From positions 3,059,863-3,123,862 of the forward strand of contig OY969801.1 in assembly GCA_963703225.1 (NCBI GenBank): a DNA stretch of 64,000 nucleotides, written 5' to 3'. Every line of letters starts with the position of its first letter. The stretch's first letter is position 1. The position numbers were made by a program, and so were the translations under genes. The stretch comes from Candidatus Eiseniibacteriota bacterium. Its GTDB lineage: Bacteria > Eisenbacteria > RBG-16-71-46 > SZUA-252. Below are positions 62,866 to 64,000 of the stretch, one piece after another. The notes beneath the pieces are model-generated. The model searched no databases, had not been told where the DNA came from, and worked only from the letters and a program-made list of their open reading frames with translations.

Positions 62866-63813
62866 GTGAAGTTTCCCGCGCGCGCGATACCTTGGCCGCT
62901 CTACCTCTCGTGTCTTTGCGTCAGCCTCATTCTCGGCCCTGCTTGCAGCAAATCGGACAAGAAGAACCCAGTCGCGCCCAGCTCCCCACTTGACTACGGA
63001 ACCGGGAGAATTGTGTTCGATTTTTTCACGCCCGCCGTTGGGCACATCTATTCTATGAACCCCGATGGGTCGAGCATCTCCGAGATCCCGACAGGCCTAG
63101 AAAGCGCCTCCAACCCGGAAATTTCCCCGGATGGAACGCGAATCGCCTTTGGCGGGAGACGCAACGGCAACGACAGCCTCTACATCATGGGTGTTGACGG
63201 GACCAACCTTCGCGCAGTTACGAGCGGAGTAGGTGGCGCGGCATGGTCACCGGATGACTCCGAGCTCGTGTATTCGGACCTCGGTGAGCTCCATATAATC
63301 AACGCCGCTGGGGGCAATTCTTTCCAGCTCCCCAGCTTCTACCCGAACACGAGCGCGAGCCCAACCTGGTCACCGGATGGCACAAGAATCGCGTTTGAGG
63401 TATGGAGCAATACATCCGGCAGCGTATGGACGGACATTTACGCTATGAATGCTAATGGCACAGGCATCACCCAGGTGACTGCACTGTCTGGGCATGAGAC
63501 GACGCCTGACTGGTCCCCGGATGGGTCGAGAATTGCCTTTGCCCACGATGGCTTCATCTACACGATTCGGCCGGATGGCAGCGACTTAAAACGCATTACA
63601 CCTGACATTGCAGCGAGCCGTTATGGGGATTTTGAGCCTGACTGGTCGCCAGACGGAACGCGAATCGTATTTAGCAGTGATCGAACCAGTGCTGCCCAGG
63701 GCGATCCCGTCGCGCTTTACAGCGTGAAGGTGGACGGTTCTGGATTGGTCCAGATCACGCAGCCACAAGGTGGGCAATATCAGTTGCACGCTTCGTGGGG
63801 TATTAAGCACTAG
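62866..63813 (+). CDS. TolB-like (PD40) beta-propeller lipoprotein
   Basis: Leader ending GPAC; repeated PxWSPDGTRIAF blades. Confidence 0.85.
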   Translation: MKFPARAIPWPLYLSCLCVSLILGPACSKSDKKNPVAPSSPLDYGTGRIVFDFFTPAVGHIYSMNPDGSSISEIPTGLESASNPEISPDGTRIAFGGRRNGNDSLYIMGVDGTNLRAVTSGVGGAAWSPDDSELVYSDLGELHIINAAGGNSFQLPSFYPNTSASPTWSPDGTRIAFEVWSNTSGSVWTDIYAMNANGTGITQVTALSGHETTPDWSPDGSRIAFAHDGFIYTIRPDGSDLKRITPDIAASRYGDFEPDWSPDGTRIVFSSDRTSAAQGDPVALYSVKVDGSGLVQITQPQGGQYQLHASWGIKH

Positions 63814-64000
63814 GCCCGACCAGCTAACTGCCGCAGTCTTTCTCGCGCTCGTGCTCTAGTCCCCGACCCCCGGCGCCAGTTCTTCTAGTCCAGAACCCTT
63901 CTACCCCAACCGCGTGAGGCCTGCGGCCCCTTAATCCGCCCCCAAGAACGCGGCCCCACAATTTCCCCGAACCTCCTGCCGAATCCCGGTGTCCAACTAG

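Larger units (their letters stand above)
51392..63813. mobile_element. Lower-GC accessory/defence-like island (boundaries approximate; no integrase seen)
   Basis: Visible drop in GC and shift in codon usage versus the flanking genes; helicase and nuclease cargo; gene remnants. Confidence 0.6.

Noticed and set aside
63814..64000. C-rich tail with weak DnaA-box-like words as the other half of oriC
   Set aside because: Matches are too degenerate and the sequence is cut by the window edge

Overview
High-GC bacterial chromosomal window. It may be an uncultured FCB-related lineage such as Ca. Eisenbacteria, but this is inferred only from protein style. Many single-base indels break essential genes, so most frameshifts are probably read or assembly errors. 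1-43 kb holds housekeeping and envelope genes: an alpha-hydroxy-acid oxidase, a cyclase plus FabF-like synthase, asd, Lon, RlmD, an M16 protease, cell-wall peptidases, two arylsulfatases, a NiFe-less hydrogenase-4-related (Ehr-type) operon and crcB. 43-51 kb is the dnaN-recF-DUF721-gyrB-gyrA-rex operon, preceded by an oriC-like unwinding module (DnaA boxes plus DnaA-trios) but no dnaA. 51.3-63.8 kb is a lower-GC, defence-like island: a DUF2075 helicase, a Druantia type III-like pair, chimeric or broken nuclease genes and an orphan secretion-domain remnant. The most striking unannotated element is at 15.2-15.5 kb. Two tandem 66-nt genes missed by the ORF track encode the identical 21-aa peptide MAALALILFVVSFAGGGKAGW and differ only at synonymous positions. 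Each has a Shine-Dalgarno site, they follow a sigma54-type promoter, and they lie between a catalytically degenerate sensor kinase and lon. A second candidate system is a lipoprotein with a Cys-rich bacteriocin-like C-terminus plus a coupled small membrane protein, also behind a sigma54-type promoter (8.7-10.0 kb).
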